NCBI GenBank assembly: GCA_005239675.1
Contig: SBBO01000021.1
Location: forward strand, 1-58,350
From: Planctomycetales bacterium
Lineage (GTDB): Bacteria; Omnitrophota; Gorgyraeia; Zapsychrales; Zapsychraceae
Direction: 5' to 3'
Length of the DNA stretch: 58,350 bases
Made by a program: the position numbers and the translations under genes. Shown here piece by piece: positions 23,094-32,436 of this stretch (position 1 is its first letter; the number at the start of each line of letters is the position of its first letter). Below the pieces are notes generated by a model. That model saw only the letters and a list, made by a program, of their open reading frames with translations, ran no database searches and had not been told where the DNA came from.

Positions 23094-23459
23094 ATGGTCA
23101 TCTTACGCAAAGAATTAGGCAGAATTTATAGGCATAAAAGGATACGCCAGAGGTTGAATGGGACCAGCGACCGTCCGCGGGTCTGCGTGCATCGCAGTAT
23201 TAAGAATTTCTATGTCCAGGTCATCGATGATGCCAACGCCAAGATTATTTTTGGTCTGTCCACGCTGACTAAGGAGGTGCGTAACAAGCTTAAAGATGGT
23301 GGTAATGTGGATGCCGCTGCTTATTTAGGAGAGGTCTTTGCCACTGAGGCCAAGAAGAAGGGCATTAAGAAGATTTGTTTTGATAGGAGTGGTTATTTGT
23401 ATCACGGTCGCGTTAAGGCCTTTGTGGAGGCGGCGCGAAAAGGTGGTTTAGAGTTTTAA
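23094..23459 (+). CDS. rplR: 50S ribosomal protein L18
   Basis: 121 aa, RPRVCVHRSIKNFYVQVIDD. Confidence 0.94.
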   Translation: MVILRKELGRIYRHKRIRQRLNGTSDRPRVCVHRSIKNFYVQVIDDANAKIIFGLSTLTKEVRNKLKDGGNVDAAAYLGEVFATEAKKKGIKKICFDRSGYLYHGRVKAFVEAARKGGLEF

Positions 23460-23489
23460 AATATATATTAATCTTTGAGGATGGAAGGC

Positions 23490-24137
23490 ATGACGCCAGA
23501 AGATAGCTCCTTGGTGGTAAAAAAGGGCGCAGAAGAGGGTTCCGATCTTACCAAGCAAGTCATTACCGATGAGGATAGGCCAGTTCCTATGCGCAAGAAT
23601 AGATCTGGCGGCGAAAACGACAGCGATATTAAAGAAAGATCGATTAATTTAGAGAAAGCAGTTGACTCGGAGCTCATTGAGGCCGTCATTTCCATCAACA
23701 GAATTACCAAGGTAACCAAGGGCGGCAAAAAACTTTCCTTTAGTGCCTTGGTGGTCGTGGGCAACGCCAAGGGTAGAGTCGGTTACAGTCTAGAAAAGGC
23801 AGCGGAAGTTTCTATCGCTATACGTAAGGCTATTGCTACAGCTAAAAAGAACATGATAAACGTGACATTAAATGGTTCCACTATTTCTCATGAGATTATC
23901 GGCCGCTGCGGCGGGGCCAGTGTTTTATTGAGGCCTGCTGCTGAGGGGACCGGCGTTATCGCGGCTGGGCCCGTGCGGGCGGTTTGTGACGGTGTCGGTA
24001 TTCGCAACATATTGACTAAATGCCACCGTTCGAACAATCCTATTAATGTTGTCAAGGCGACGATCGATGGATTGAGTCATTTGAAGCCAATGAATAACGC
24101 CAAGAAAGAACAACCGTTATGTACCTGCACGAATTGA
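23490..24137 (+). CDS. rpsE: 30S ribosomal protein S5 with long N-terminal extension (start 23475, 23481 or 23490)
   Basis: Core [32 protein letters not shown] at 23477-23481 favours ATG 23490. Confidence 0.9.
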   Translation: MTPEDSSLVVKKGAEEGSDLTKQVITDEDRPVPMRKNRSGGENDSDIKERSINLEKAVDSELIEAVISINRITKVTKGGKKLSFSALVVVGNAKGRVGYSLEKAAEVSIAIRKAIATAKKNMINVTLNGSTISHEIIGRCGGASVLLRPAAEGTGVIAAGPVRAVCDGVGIRNILTKCHRSNNPINVVKATIDGLSHLKPMNNAKKEQPLCTCTN

Positions 24138-24562
24138 CATCCCCGCCAGGGGCGAGGAAGCGAAGGAAGATTGTTGGCCGAGGCGCTGGTTCTGGCCATG
24201 GCAGGACCAGTTGTCGGGGGCAAAAGGGACAGAATTCTCGTAGTAGCGGTCGAAAACTCGTTGGCGCCCTCGAGGGTGGTCAGATGCCTTTGGTGCGGCG
24301 TCTGCCCAAGGTCGGGTTTCGCAGCAAACGTCCAATCCTTCATCAGGTCGTTAGTCTTGAGCAATTGAATCGCTTTGAGAATGGGACCATCGTGACAAAA
24401 GAACTTTTAAAGTCCCAGGGCCTGATTGAGAGTCTTTACAAGCCTTTTAAAATTTTAGGGGATGGTGAATTAAAGAAATCTATTGTTGTCACTCAAGGGG
24501 CCGTCTCTCAAGTGGCGCGGGATAAAATTTTGAAGGCTGGCGGACGCCTGGGGACCGCTTAA
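24119..24562 (+). CDS. rplO: 50S ribosomal protein L15
   Basis: 147 aa, [25 protein letters not shown]. 19-nt overlap with rpsE, and no L30 gene between them. Confidence 0.94.
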   Translation: MYLHELTSPPGARKRRKIVGRGAGSGHGRTSCRGQKGQNSRSSGRKLVGALEGGQMPLVRRLPKVGFRSKRPILHQVVSLEQLNRFENGTIVTKELLKSQGLIESLYKPFKILGDGELKKSIVVTQGAVSQVARDKILKAGGRLGTA

Positions 24563-24568
24563 GACGAC

Positions 24569-25930
24569 ATGGGCCTTGCTTCTTTCTCAAACTGTTTTAA
24601 GATACCGGAACTCAGAGGAAAGATACTTTTTACTCTCGCTGTTATTGCTGTTTATCGGATAGGATGTTACCTGCCGACACCTGGAGTCAATGGCGCTGTC
24701 CTGGCGGAATTTTTTCAGAAGATGATGGCAACGGCTGGGGGGAGCATATTCGGCATCATGAATATGTTTTCCGGTGGGGCCTTGGAGAAGGCAACGGTTT
24801 TTGCATTGGGGACAATGCCGTATATCTCCAGCTCTATTATTATGCAGCTTTTGACAGCCGTTATTCCTGCCCTGGAGCGTCTGGCCAAGGAAGGTCAGGC
24901 CGGCTATCACAAGATCAATCAATACACCCGCTATGGGACATTAATCCTTGCCCTTATTCAGTCGTTTTTTATTGCTCTTTGGCTTGAAGATCAATCAGGA
25001 GCTGTATTTAAGGGGTTACAGGTCGTGGATAATCCTGGCTGGGGATTCCGCCTAGTCACTGTCTTAACATTATCGGCAGGGACACTTTTATTGATGTGGC
25101 TCGGTGAGCAGATCCAGGAAAAGGGAATCGGTAACGGGATTTCGCTTATTATCACCGCGGGGATTCTCTCAGCGGCGCCTTCCGCGATCCAGAATCTGAT
25201 ATGGCTCATGTCTCCAGCAGGGACTGGTCGTTCCGTGCAGTTGCAACCCTTGACGTTATTAATGATGATTTTATTTCTGGTTGGGGTCATTGTCTCCATC
25301 ACCTTGATTACGCAGGCACAACGAAAAGTTTCAGTCCAATACGCACGGCGTATCGTTGGCCGTAAGGTTTATGGCGGACAAAATACGTATATCCCGCTTA
25401 AGGTAGACACATCCGGTGTCATTGCCATCATCTTCGCGCAGAGCATCATTCTTTTTCCGGCAACATTAGCCAGTTTCTTCCCGCACCAAGGGTTGCAGGC
25501 GGCGGTGAGCGTATTTACGCGTGGAAATTTTTGGTATTACCTGATTTATGGACTCCTTATTATCTTTTTTTGTTATTTCTACACGACCATTGTGTATAAC
25601 CCTATTGATATGGCCGACAACATGAAGAAGCAGGGAGGTTTTATACCGGGGGTAAGGCCAGGGACGCAGACATCTGATTATCTTGATTTTGTGATCACGC
25701 GTCTTACACTGGCAGGATCATTCTTTATATGTATCATCGCCATTATGCCGGATGCCATCATGGCTTTTTTTAAGGTACCATATCTGGTGGCATCGTTTTT
25801 CGGCGGGACAGGAGTTCTCATCATTGTGGGGGTAATGTTAGACACAATGAAGCAGATAGAATCGCATCTTTTGATGCGTCATTATGACGGCTTTATGCGC
25901 TCTGGCCAAACAATCAGGGGTCGTCGATGA
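24569..25930 (+). CDS. secY: Preprotein translocase subunit SecY
   Basis: 453 aa polytopic membrane protein, GTMPYISSSIIMQLL motif, conserved position. Confidence 0.96.
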   Translation: MGLASFSNCFKIPELRGKILFTLAVIAVYRIGCYLPTPGVNGAVLAEFFQKMMATAGGSIFGIMNMFSGGALEKATVFALGTMPYISSSIIMQLLTAVIPALERLAKEGQAGYHKINQYTRYGTLILALIQSFFIALWLEDQSGAVFKGLQVVDNPGWGFRLVTVLTLSAGTLLLMWLGEQIQEKGIGNGISLIITAGILSAAPSAIQNLIWLMSPAGTGRSVQLQPLTLLMMILFLVGVIVSITLITQAQRKVSVQYARRIVGRKVYGGQNTYIPLKVDTSGVIAIIFAQSIILFPATLASFFPHQGLQAAVSVFTRGNFWYYLIYGLLIIFFCYFYTTIVYNPIDMADNMKKQGGFIPGVRPGTQTSDYLDFVITRLTLAGSFFICIIAIMPDAIMAFFKVPYLVASFFGGTGVLIIVGVMLDTMKQIESHLLMRHYDGFMRSGQTIRGRR

Positions 25931-26580
25931 GATTGGTGTTGCTGGGACCGCCAGGGGCTGGTAAGGGAACATTAGCTGCGTTATTAAAAGAGAGCCTTAA
26001 GTTGGTGCATATTTCTACGGGTGATATGTTCAGAGAAGAAATAAGGAACAAAACGCAGCTGGGCTGTGGAGCAAAATTGTATATTGACAAAGGTGAATTG
26101 GTCCCTGATGAGATCGTCATCCAGATGATTGAGCAGCAATTGACCAACAATAGCGCTGTTGGGCATGGTGGGTATATGCTAGACGGCTTTCCTAGGACGT
26201 GTAAACAAGCTGAAGACCTTGATCGGATATTGGAGAGGATTCAACAGCCGCTCGATTATGCACTGTATATGACTGCAACGCTTCCTATTATTGTCCAGCG
26301 CTTGGGAGGTCGAAGGGTGTGTCGTAAGTGCGGGGCGCTCTTTCACATCCGCAATAAACCGCCCCTTAAGGAGAATGTATGCGACAATTGCGGTGGCGAG
26401 ATATATAAGAGGGCTGACGATAATGAAGCGACTATTCATACGCGGATGAATGTCTATGTGAATAATACTCAGCCCGTCAAAGATTATTATAAAAACCAGG
26501 GAAAACTCAAAGAGCTCGATGGCGACAAGGAGTCTGACGAGGTCCAGGCAATTCTAATGAAGATGTTTAGGGATAAATGA
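25927..26580 (+). CDS. adk: Adenylate kinase (zinc-lid type)
   Basis: P-loop GPPGAGKGT. Lid CRKCGALFH...CDNCGG. Confidence 0.95.
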   Translation: MRLVLLGPPGAGKGTLAALLKESLKLVHISTGDMFREEIRNKTQLGCGAKLYIDKGELVPDEIVIQMIEQQLTNNSAVGHGGYMLDGFPRTCKQAEDLDRILERIQQPLDYALYMTATLPIIVQRLGGRRVCRKCGALFHIRNKPPLKENVCDNCGGEIYKRADDNEATIHTRMNVYVNNTQPVKDYYKNQGKLKELDGDKESDEVQAILMKMFRDK

Positions 26581-27341
26581 AGACCGTAAAGTCAATCACT
26601 ATTAAGCTGCCCGGAGAGATTGAGATCTTACGTGATGCTGGGAGAATATTGGCAGAGATCGTTGCGCAATTACAAGTCTCTTTAACATGGGGGATAACGA
26701 CACGGCAGGTTGACGAGAGGGCCGAACAGTTGATACGTGAAAGAGGCGTCCTCTCAGCCTTTAAGGGATACCGAGGTTTTCCAGGATCTATTTGTATGTC
26801 AGTTAACGAAGAAGTCGTTCATGGCATTCCAGGCAATAGGATTCTTAGAGAGGGCGACATCGTAAGCCTCGATGTTGGGATTATCCACAAAGGTTATTAT
26901 GCCGACATGGCCATTACGGTAGGGTTGGGGAAGATCAGCCCCGGATTGAACAAGCTTTTAGATATAACCCGGCAGTCTTTGTACAAAGGTATTGAGCAGG
27001 CTCGCACGGGTAATCATCTGTCTAATATATCTCATGCGATTCAGACATACGTGGAATCTCATTATTTCTCAGTAGTACGGGATTTTGTGGGTCACGGCAT
27101 CGGCCGAAGTCTTCACGAAGAACCTGAAATACCGAATTTTGGGGCACCGCATGAAGGTCCTATTTTAAAGGAAGGCATGGTTCTTGCTATTGAGCCGATG
27201 GTCAATACCGGGACATGGCATACAAAGATTCAAGAAGATAATTGGACGGTTGTAACACGGGATGGCAGGCCGTCGGCACATTTTGAGCATACAGTAGCAG
27301 TCACTGCGAGTGGCCCAGAGATTTTAACTGAAGTATTGTAA
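26577..27341 (+). CDS. map: Methionine aminopeptidase type I
   Basis: 254 aa, VVHGIPG, DVGIIHKGYYADMA, VGHGIG, LAIEPM metal-site blocks. Confidence 0.95.
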   Translation: MKTVKSITIKLPGEIEILRDAGRILAEIVAQLQVSLTWGITTRQVDERAEQLIRERGVLSAFKGYRGFPGSICMSVNEEVVHGIPGNRILREGDIVSLDVGIIHKGYYADMAITVGLGKISPGLNKLLDITRQSLYKGIEQARTGNHLSNISHAIQTYVESHYFSVVRDFVGHGIGRSLHEEPEIPNFGAPHEGPILKEGMVLAIEPMVNTGTWHTKIQEDNWTVVTRDGRPSAHFEHTVAVTASGPEILTEVL

Positions 27342-27353
27342 TAGCAATAGGAT

Positions 27354-27569
27354 ATGGCTAAAGAGGATTTAATTGAAGTCGAGGGTGTTGTCAAGGAGGC
27401 ATTGCCTAATGCCATGTTTCGTGTTGCGTTAGGTAATGGGCATCTGGTCTTGGCACATATATCCGGGAAAATCCGGAAAAATTTTATTCGAATTCTTCCG
27501 GGTGATCAAGTTAAGGTGGAACTATCCCCTTACGATTTGACGAGGGGTAGAATAACATTCAGGGTATAA
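27354..27569 (+). CDS. infA: Translation initiation factor IF-1
   Basis: 71 aa, [22 protein letters not shown]...[14 protein letters not shown]. Confidence 0.95.
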   Translation: MAKEDLIEVEGVVKEALPNAMFRVALGNGHLVLAHISGKIRKNFIRILPGDQVKVELSPYDLTRGRITFRV

Positions 27570-27573
27570 ATTT

Positions 27574-27687
27574 ATGAAGGTGAAATCATCAGTTAAGAAA
27601 GTTTGCGGTCACTGCAAGGTAATTCGCCGCAAGAGAGTCGTGCGGATCATTTGTTCAAACCCAAAACATAAGCAAAGACAGGGGTAA
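27574..27687 (+). CDS. rpmJ: 50S ribosomal protein L36
   Basis: Hand translation [37 protein letters not shown], 37 aa. Below the ORF-track length cut-off. Confidence 0.92.
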   Translation: MKVKSSVKKVCGHCKVIRRKRVVRIICSNPKHKQRQG

Positions 27688-27693
27688 TAAGGC

Positions 27694-28092
27694 ATGCCAA
27701 GAATTTTAGGGGTAGATATTCCAAAAGCAAAACGGATTGAGGCCTCTTTGCCGTACCTTTACGGCATTGGACCAAGTCGGGCACGCGATATCTTAAGGCA
27801 GGCGAATATCGATTGTAACCGTCGAGCCAAGGATCTCTCCGATGGAGAGATCGCACGGATTGCTTCAATTGTCCAGAGCACCTACGTGACTGAAGGGGAT
27901 CTGCGTCGGGAGATAAGCCAGAATATCAAGCGTTTAATGGATATTGGGACCTATCGGGGCATAAGGCATCGCAAGGGACTTCCGGTGCGTGGACAAAGGA
28001 CGCGAACCAATGCTCGTACGCGAAAAGGTCGTAAGTCTATAGTGGCCGCTAATGTCCGCAAGCCAGAAAAATCACCGGTAAAAGCGGCATAA
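27694..28092 (+). CDS. rpsM: 30S ribosomal protein S13
   Basis: 132 aa, [10 protein letters not shown]...[24 protein letters not shown]. Confidence 0.95.
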   Translation: MPRILGVDIPKAKRIEASLPYLYGIGPSRARDILRQANIDCNRRAKDLSDGEIARIASIVQSTYVTEGDLRREISQNIKRLMDIGTYRGIRHRKGLPVRGQRTRTNARTRKGRKSIVAANVRKPEKSPVKAA

Positions 28093-28115
28093 TTTTAAAT
28101 CAAGGATTTTAAAAT

Positions 28116-28553
28116 ATGGAAAAAGAAAATACAGCACCAGAGACACATTCGTCATCAGAAAAGGTACAGCGGTCCAAAGAGAAGATTAAGAAAAAAGTCC
28201 TCAAGGGAACCACATCGGGAGTAGTGCACATCAAGGCCACATTTAACAACACGATCGTGACGATTACGGATACTACCGGCAATACCCTGGTATGGTCTAC
28301 ACCGGGGGTGGTCGGATTTAACGGCTCTAAGAAATCAACACCGTTTGCTGCTCAGGTTGCTGCGGCAGATGCCGCTCGACGCGCCAAGGACTTGGGGTTA
28401 AAGACTGTTGAGGTCCTTGTCAATGGGCCAGGTTCTGGGCGGGAATCGGCTATTCGGGCCCTGCAGGCCAATGGTCTTATGGTCACTTCTATCAAGGATG
28501 TGACGCCGTTACCGCATAATGGATGTCGTCCTCGGAAAAGACGTCGGGTTTAA
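28116..28553 (+). CDS. rpsK: 30S ribosomal protein S11 (N-terminal ~20 aa extra)
   Basis: 145 aa, [15 protein letters not shown]...[16 protein letters not shown]. Confidence 0.95.
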   Translation: MEKENTAPETHSSSEKVQRSKEKIKKKVLKGTTSGVVHIKATFNNTIVTITDTTGNTLVWSTPGVVGFNGSKKSTPFAAQVAAADAARRAKDLGLKTVEVLVNGPGSGRESAIRALQANGLMVTSIKDVTPLPHNGCRPRKRRRV

Positions 28554-28573
28554 GTTAGAAAGGTAAATTATTT

Positions 28574-29203
28574 ATGGGAAGATACACAGGTCCTAGTTGT
28601 CGGTTATGCCGTAGGGAAGGAGAAAAGCTTTTTTTGAAGGGCACGCGATGCATGACGCATCGTTGCGCCATCGAGCGCCGGGCCTATGCGCCAGGCCAGC
28701 ACGGTAGCGCACGCAAGGCAAAGCTCTCCAATTTTGGCCTTCAGATGCGCGAGAAACAAAAGGTTAAAAGGATTTATGGTCTTTTTGAAAAACAATTTAA
28801 TAACTATTTCGTCAAGGCGGGACGCACCAAAGGGGTCACCGGGACTGTTTTACTTCAGATGTTGGAACGCCGTCTGGATAACGTTATTTATCAGCTTGGC
28901 TTTGCCACTTCCCGTAAGCAGGCGCGACAGATCGTCGGCCACGGGTTTGTGCACGTCAATGGTCGCTTGGTGAATATCCCATCGTTTCAGGTTAAAGAGA
29001 ACGATGAGATCACCTTGGAATTTAAGAAGACGGGCAAGAAGATCGTTGATGAGAATATTAAGGCTTCGGAGAATCGCGCAGTGCCGTCTTGGTTAGAGGC
29101 CGATCGCACTCATTACAAGGCTAAGGTTAAACACTTGCCGGCACGCGAGGAGATTAATTTCCAGGTCAAGGAACAATTGATCATCGAGCTTTATTCAAGA
29201 TAA
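28574..29203 (+). CDS. rpsD: 30S ribosomal protein S4
   Basis: 209 aa, MGRYTGPSCRLCRREGEKLFLKG, S4 RNA-binding domain RLDNVIYQLGFATSRKQARQ. Confidence 0.95.
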   Translation: MGRYTGPSCRLCRREGEKLFLKGTRCMTHRCAIERRAYAPGQHGSARKAKLSNFGLQMREKQKVKRIYGLFEKQFNNYFVKAGRTKGVTGTVLLQMLERRLDNVIYQLGFATSRKQARQIVGHGFVHVNGRLVNIPSFQVKENDEITLEFKKTGKKIVDENIKASENRAVPSWLEADRTHYKAKVKHLPAREEINFQVKEQLIIELYSR

Positions 29204-29487
29204 AAGATGGTGTAGCTATGGAACGATAGCGAATTTTGTATAAATCACCTTGCCTTATTTCGTTCCAAAAATTATACGTTCATACAACAGTTTACCCCCA
29301 CTAATTCGTCCTGAAGAATTTGAGAGTGCGGGACGAATTAAAACGCAGGAGTTACCCACCGCGACTAGCGGTGGGCCAATAAATCATATTACTCCAACTC
29401 ATTCATTTCGTAGTATTTGATAGTTCGGAATGAATTAAAGCGTTGGAGTTCTTCGCTGCTAGTCGCGGTGGAGAAGGAGGAAGACAC
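29204..29487 (+). promoter_or_regulatory. Highly structured rpsD-rpoA spacer / rpoA leader with competing helices next to the SD
   Basis: Hairpins at 29220-29266, 29302-29340, 29355-29375 and 29392-29448. CCACCGCGACTAGC (29356-29369) is exactly complementary to GCTAGTCGCGGTGG (29458-29471), which abuts SD GGAGAAGGAGG. Confidence 0.55.
29296..29487 (+). repeat. Two tandem diverged ~96-nt units (29296-29391 and 29392-29487)
   Basis: Hand alignment gives about 70% identity over the central 46 nt. Shared core GAATTAAA(A/G)CG..GGAGTT and terminal CTAG..GGTGG box. Each unit carries a hairpin. Confidence 0.6.
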
Positions 29488-30483
29488 ATGGGAGTGAAGT
29501 GGCGAGATTTTCAGATGCCCAAAAGGCTTGATTGTGATGAAGCAAGCTATTCCGAGAAATTTGGGAAGTTTGTTGCAGAACCATTTGAGAAAGGTTACGG
29601 AACAACTCTTGGAAATTCTTTAAGGCGGATTTTGTTGTCCTCTATTGAAGGCAGCGCAGTTACCTCCATTCGAATAGAGGGTGTTCACCACGAATTTTCC
29701 ACGATACCCGGCGTCTTAGAATCGGTGACCGAAATTATCTTAAATGTTAAGAAACTGGTCATCCGGTCGTATTCTAAAGTTCCCAAGATGATTCATATCA
29801 AGGCAGAACAGAAGGGCGAAATCACCGCCGCTGACATTGTCTGCGACGAGACGCTTGAGATATTAAATAAGGATCAGCATATTGCCACCATCACCCGAGA
29901 TACGCATTTTTATATCGAGATGGAAGTTTCCCGTGGGCGTGGGTATGTCCTTGCTGAGCAGAACAAAAAGGAAGGGATCGATACAATCGCCATTGATTCG
30001 ATTTTTACCCCGATCTCCAAGGTCAATTTTAAGGTTGAGAATACGCGCATCGGACAACGTACTGATTATGACCGCTTGATTATTGAAATTCAGACCAATG
30101 GCGGGATAAATCCGAAAGAGGCGCTTTTGTATGGCGCCAACATCCTTCAGCGCCATCTGGATGTATTCGTGAGCTACGGTCAACTTCCCGAAGAAGAGGA
30201 AGAAGATGAAGAGATGTCTGCGGAAGAGCAAGCCATGTATGAGAAGCTGCGCCTGCCGATTTCTGAGTTGGAGTTATCGGTGCGTAGTGCCAATTGTCTT
30301 AGAGACGCTAATATTAAAACGATCACTGAGCTCGTTCGTAAGACCGAGGCAGACTTGCTCACTTTTCGCAACTTCGGTAAGAAATCTTTAACCGAGATCG
30401 ATGATCTCCTTAAGGCTATGGGGTTAAGTCTTGGTATGAAGGTGGACGCCAAGAAATTAAAATCAATCAAGAAGGAACAATAA
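29488..30483 (+). CDS. rpoA: DNA-directed RNA polymerase subunit alpha
   Basis: Internal ATG (aa 16) of ORF 29443..30483, preceded by GGAGAAGGAGG. LGNSLRRILLSSIEG; C-terminal domain ELSVRSANCL. Confidence 0.95.
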   Translation: MGVKWRDFQMPKRLDCDEASYSEKFGKFVAEPFEKGYGTTLGNSLRRILLSSIEGSAVTSIRIEGVHHEFSTIPGVLESVTEIILNVKKLVIRSYSKVPKMIHIKAEQKGEITAADIVCDETLEILNKDQHIATITRDTHFYIEMEVSRGRGYVLAEQNKKEGIDTIAIDSIFTPISKVNFKVENTRIGQRTDYDRLIIEIQTNGGINPKEALLYGANILQRHLDVFVSYGQLPEEEEEDEEMSAEEQAMYEKLRLPISELELSVRSANCLRDANIKTITELVRKTEADLLTFRNFGKKSLTEIDDLLKAMGLSLGMKVDAKKLKSIKKEQ

Positions 30484-31116
30484 ATGCGACACGGTATGGC
30501 GGGTAACAGATTAAGTCGAAATTCTAGCTTGCGCAAGGCAACCGTCCGGGATCTTGCCAAGGCGACATTGATAAGGGAGCGTATCTGCACAACCCATGCC
30601 AAGGCCCGGGAGACGCGTAAGATCGTTGATCAATTGATTACCCTGGGCAAGGGTGGGACGCTCGCCGATAAGCGTCGGGCATTTGCTATCTTGTGTGATC
30701 ATAAACTTGTCCATGATTTGTTTGCTAAGACATCGCTGCGCTTCAAGGCCCGTACGGGCGGCTATACGCGCATCATTAAGCTGGGGACACGGCGTGGTGA
30801 TAACGCTGCGCTGTCCTATTTGGAGCTAACGGAAAAAGAGGAAATCATTCTTAGTAGGCCAAAATCAGCGGCGGGTGCAAAGAAAAAAGATACACCTGCG
30901 GTAACCATAGATCAGCAACAGACCCAGGAACACAAGCACGACGAGCAGGTGTCTACCTTGAAACCCAAGACCGTTATCCAAGAACCTGTCAAGAAAGATG
31001 CGGTAAAAGATCAGGGAAAAAAACGGCCAGTGGATCAGAAAGATAAAAAGACCCGAGGGTTCATGGGTGGCATACGTAATATGTTCAACCGGGGGTCAAG
31101 CTCGTCAGGAAAGTAA
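30484..31116 (+). CDS. rplQ: 50S ribosomal protein L17 with ~90-aa low-complexity C-terminal extension
   Basis: MRHGMAGNRLSRNSSLRKA...GGYTRIIKLGTRRGD core, then a K/Q/D/P-rich tail. Confidence 0.93.
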   Translation: MRHGMAGNRLSRNSSLRKATVRDLAKATLIRERICTTHAKARETRKIVDQLITLGKGGTLADKRRAFAILCDHKLVHDLFAKTSLRFKARTGGYTRIIKLGTRRGDNAALSYLELTEKEEIILSRPKSAAGAKKKDTPAVTIDQQQTQEHKHDEQVSTLKPKTVIQEPVKKDAVKDQGKKRPVDQKDKKTRGFMGGIRNMFNRGSSSSGK

Positions 31117-31231
31117 CGCTGCAATTATTCAATCTGATTTCTTGGTGCCTAGGAAATTTATCGAGCATAGGTATTAAAGAATCCTCGCTTTTCTAAAAAG
31201 AATAGGTAGGGAATTCTTTTAGGGGAGAAGA

Positions 31232-32416
31232 TTGGGCGCATTGACATTCAATATAAACCACCGCATTAAAGATATTATCGGATCGACCACATTGGCTATG
31301 ACAGCCAGGGCCAAGGAATTAATGGCTAAGGGTTATGATGTCGTTAATTTTGCCGCTGGTGAGCCTGACCTTGATACCCCATCCTCTATCAAGACCGCAG
31401 CTATTAAGGCAATCGAGAAAGGATTTACCAAATACACCCCCACCCCCGGTACTCAGGAGTTGCGGGAAGCCATTGCCGCCAAATTTAAGAAAGACAATCG
31501 TTTGGAATACAAATCCTCTCAGATTGTCGTTTCCTGTGGGGCCAAGCATTCTTTATTTAATATCATTCAAGTCTTAGCTGATATTGGAGACGAGGTATTA
31601 ATCCCAGCCCCTTACTGGGTCAGTTATCCTGAAATGGTCAGGATCGCTGGTGCTGTGGCAAGATTTATCCCAACCAGCCCTAAGGTGGATTTTAAAATAA
31701 CAGCTAGCCAATTACAAGAAGCCGTCACTGACCGCACTAAGATCCTTATCCTTAATTCTCCTTCCAACCCAACAGGAATGGTGTATACGAAAATGGAGTT
31801 GGAGGAAATCGCCCGTATTTGTGTACAACACAATATTTTTGTCATTAGTGATGAAATTTATGAAAAACTCATTTATGATAGAGAGCATATCTCGATCGCC
31901 GCGCTGGGAAAAGATATTCATGATTTGACGTTTACCGTTAATGGTGTCTCCAAGGCCTATGCGATGACTGGTTGGCGTATTGGGTATGCTGCTGGACCTG
32001 CGGAGATTATGGAATACATTAAAAAGTTTCAAGATCACTCCACCTCAAACCCAAGCTCTATAAGTCAGGCAGCAGTTCTGCAGGCCTTACAGGACCCGAC
32101 AGATGAGATAGTGGCAATGCGTGAGGAATTTCACCGACGTCGGGATTTGATGACCTCGGAACTGGCGGTGATTCCGCAAATTAGTTACACTAAGCCCCAT
32201 GGGGCATTTTATGTACTGTGCGATTTCTCAAATTTAGGGCCATCACAGCAGATTGCCCAGCAGATTCTTGATAGCGTCAAGGTGGCGGTCATCCCTGCTG
32301 ACAGTTTTGGTGCACCAGGGTTTTTGCGTTTCAGTTTTGCCACTTCTGCTGAACGGATTCAGGAAGGTATCCGGCGTATCAAAGAGTGGATTCGTCAGCA
32401 AGGGGATGTCTCTTAA
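31232..32416 (+). CDS. Class I PLP-dependent aminotransferase (aspartate/prephenate aminotransferase-like), TTG start
   Basis: 394 aa. NFAAGEPDLDTP, SNPTGMVY and SKAYAMTGWRIGY (PLP lysine block). Confidence 0.85.
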   Translation: MGALTFNINHRIKDIIGSTTLAMTARAKELMAKGYDVVNFAAGEPDLDTPSSIKTAAIKAIEKGFTKYTPTPGTQELREAIAAKFKKDNRLEYKSSQIVVSCGAKHSLFNIIQVLADIGDEVLIPAPYWVSYPEMVRIAGAVARFIPTSPKVDFKITASQLQEAVTDRTKILILNSPSNPTGMVYTKMELEEIARICVQHNIFVISDEIYEKLIYDREHISIAALGKDIHDLTFTVNGVSKAYAMTGWRIGYAAGPAEIMEYIKKFQDHSTSNPSSISQAAVLQALQDPTDEIVAMREEFHRRRDLMTSELAVIPQISYTKPHGAFYVLCDFSNLGPSQQIAQQILDSVKVAVIPADSFGAPGFLRFSFATSAERIQEGIRRIKEWIRQQGDVS

Positions 32417-32436
32417 AAGCTAAGGAAAAATCTTAG

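Noticed and set aside
29443-29487. TTG-initiated 15-aa extension of rpoA
   Set aside because: It lies within the structured leader and contains the SD GGAGAAGGAGG for ATG 29488. The alpha N-terminus fits ATG 29488.
31117-31231. Possible terminator after rplQ (AAGAATCC 31177-31184 / GGAATTCTT 31210-31218 followed by TT)
   Set aside because: The stem is bulged with a ~25-nt loop, and the U-run is mostly inside the stem. This is too weak to call without folding energies or 3'-end data.
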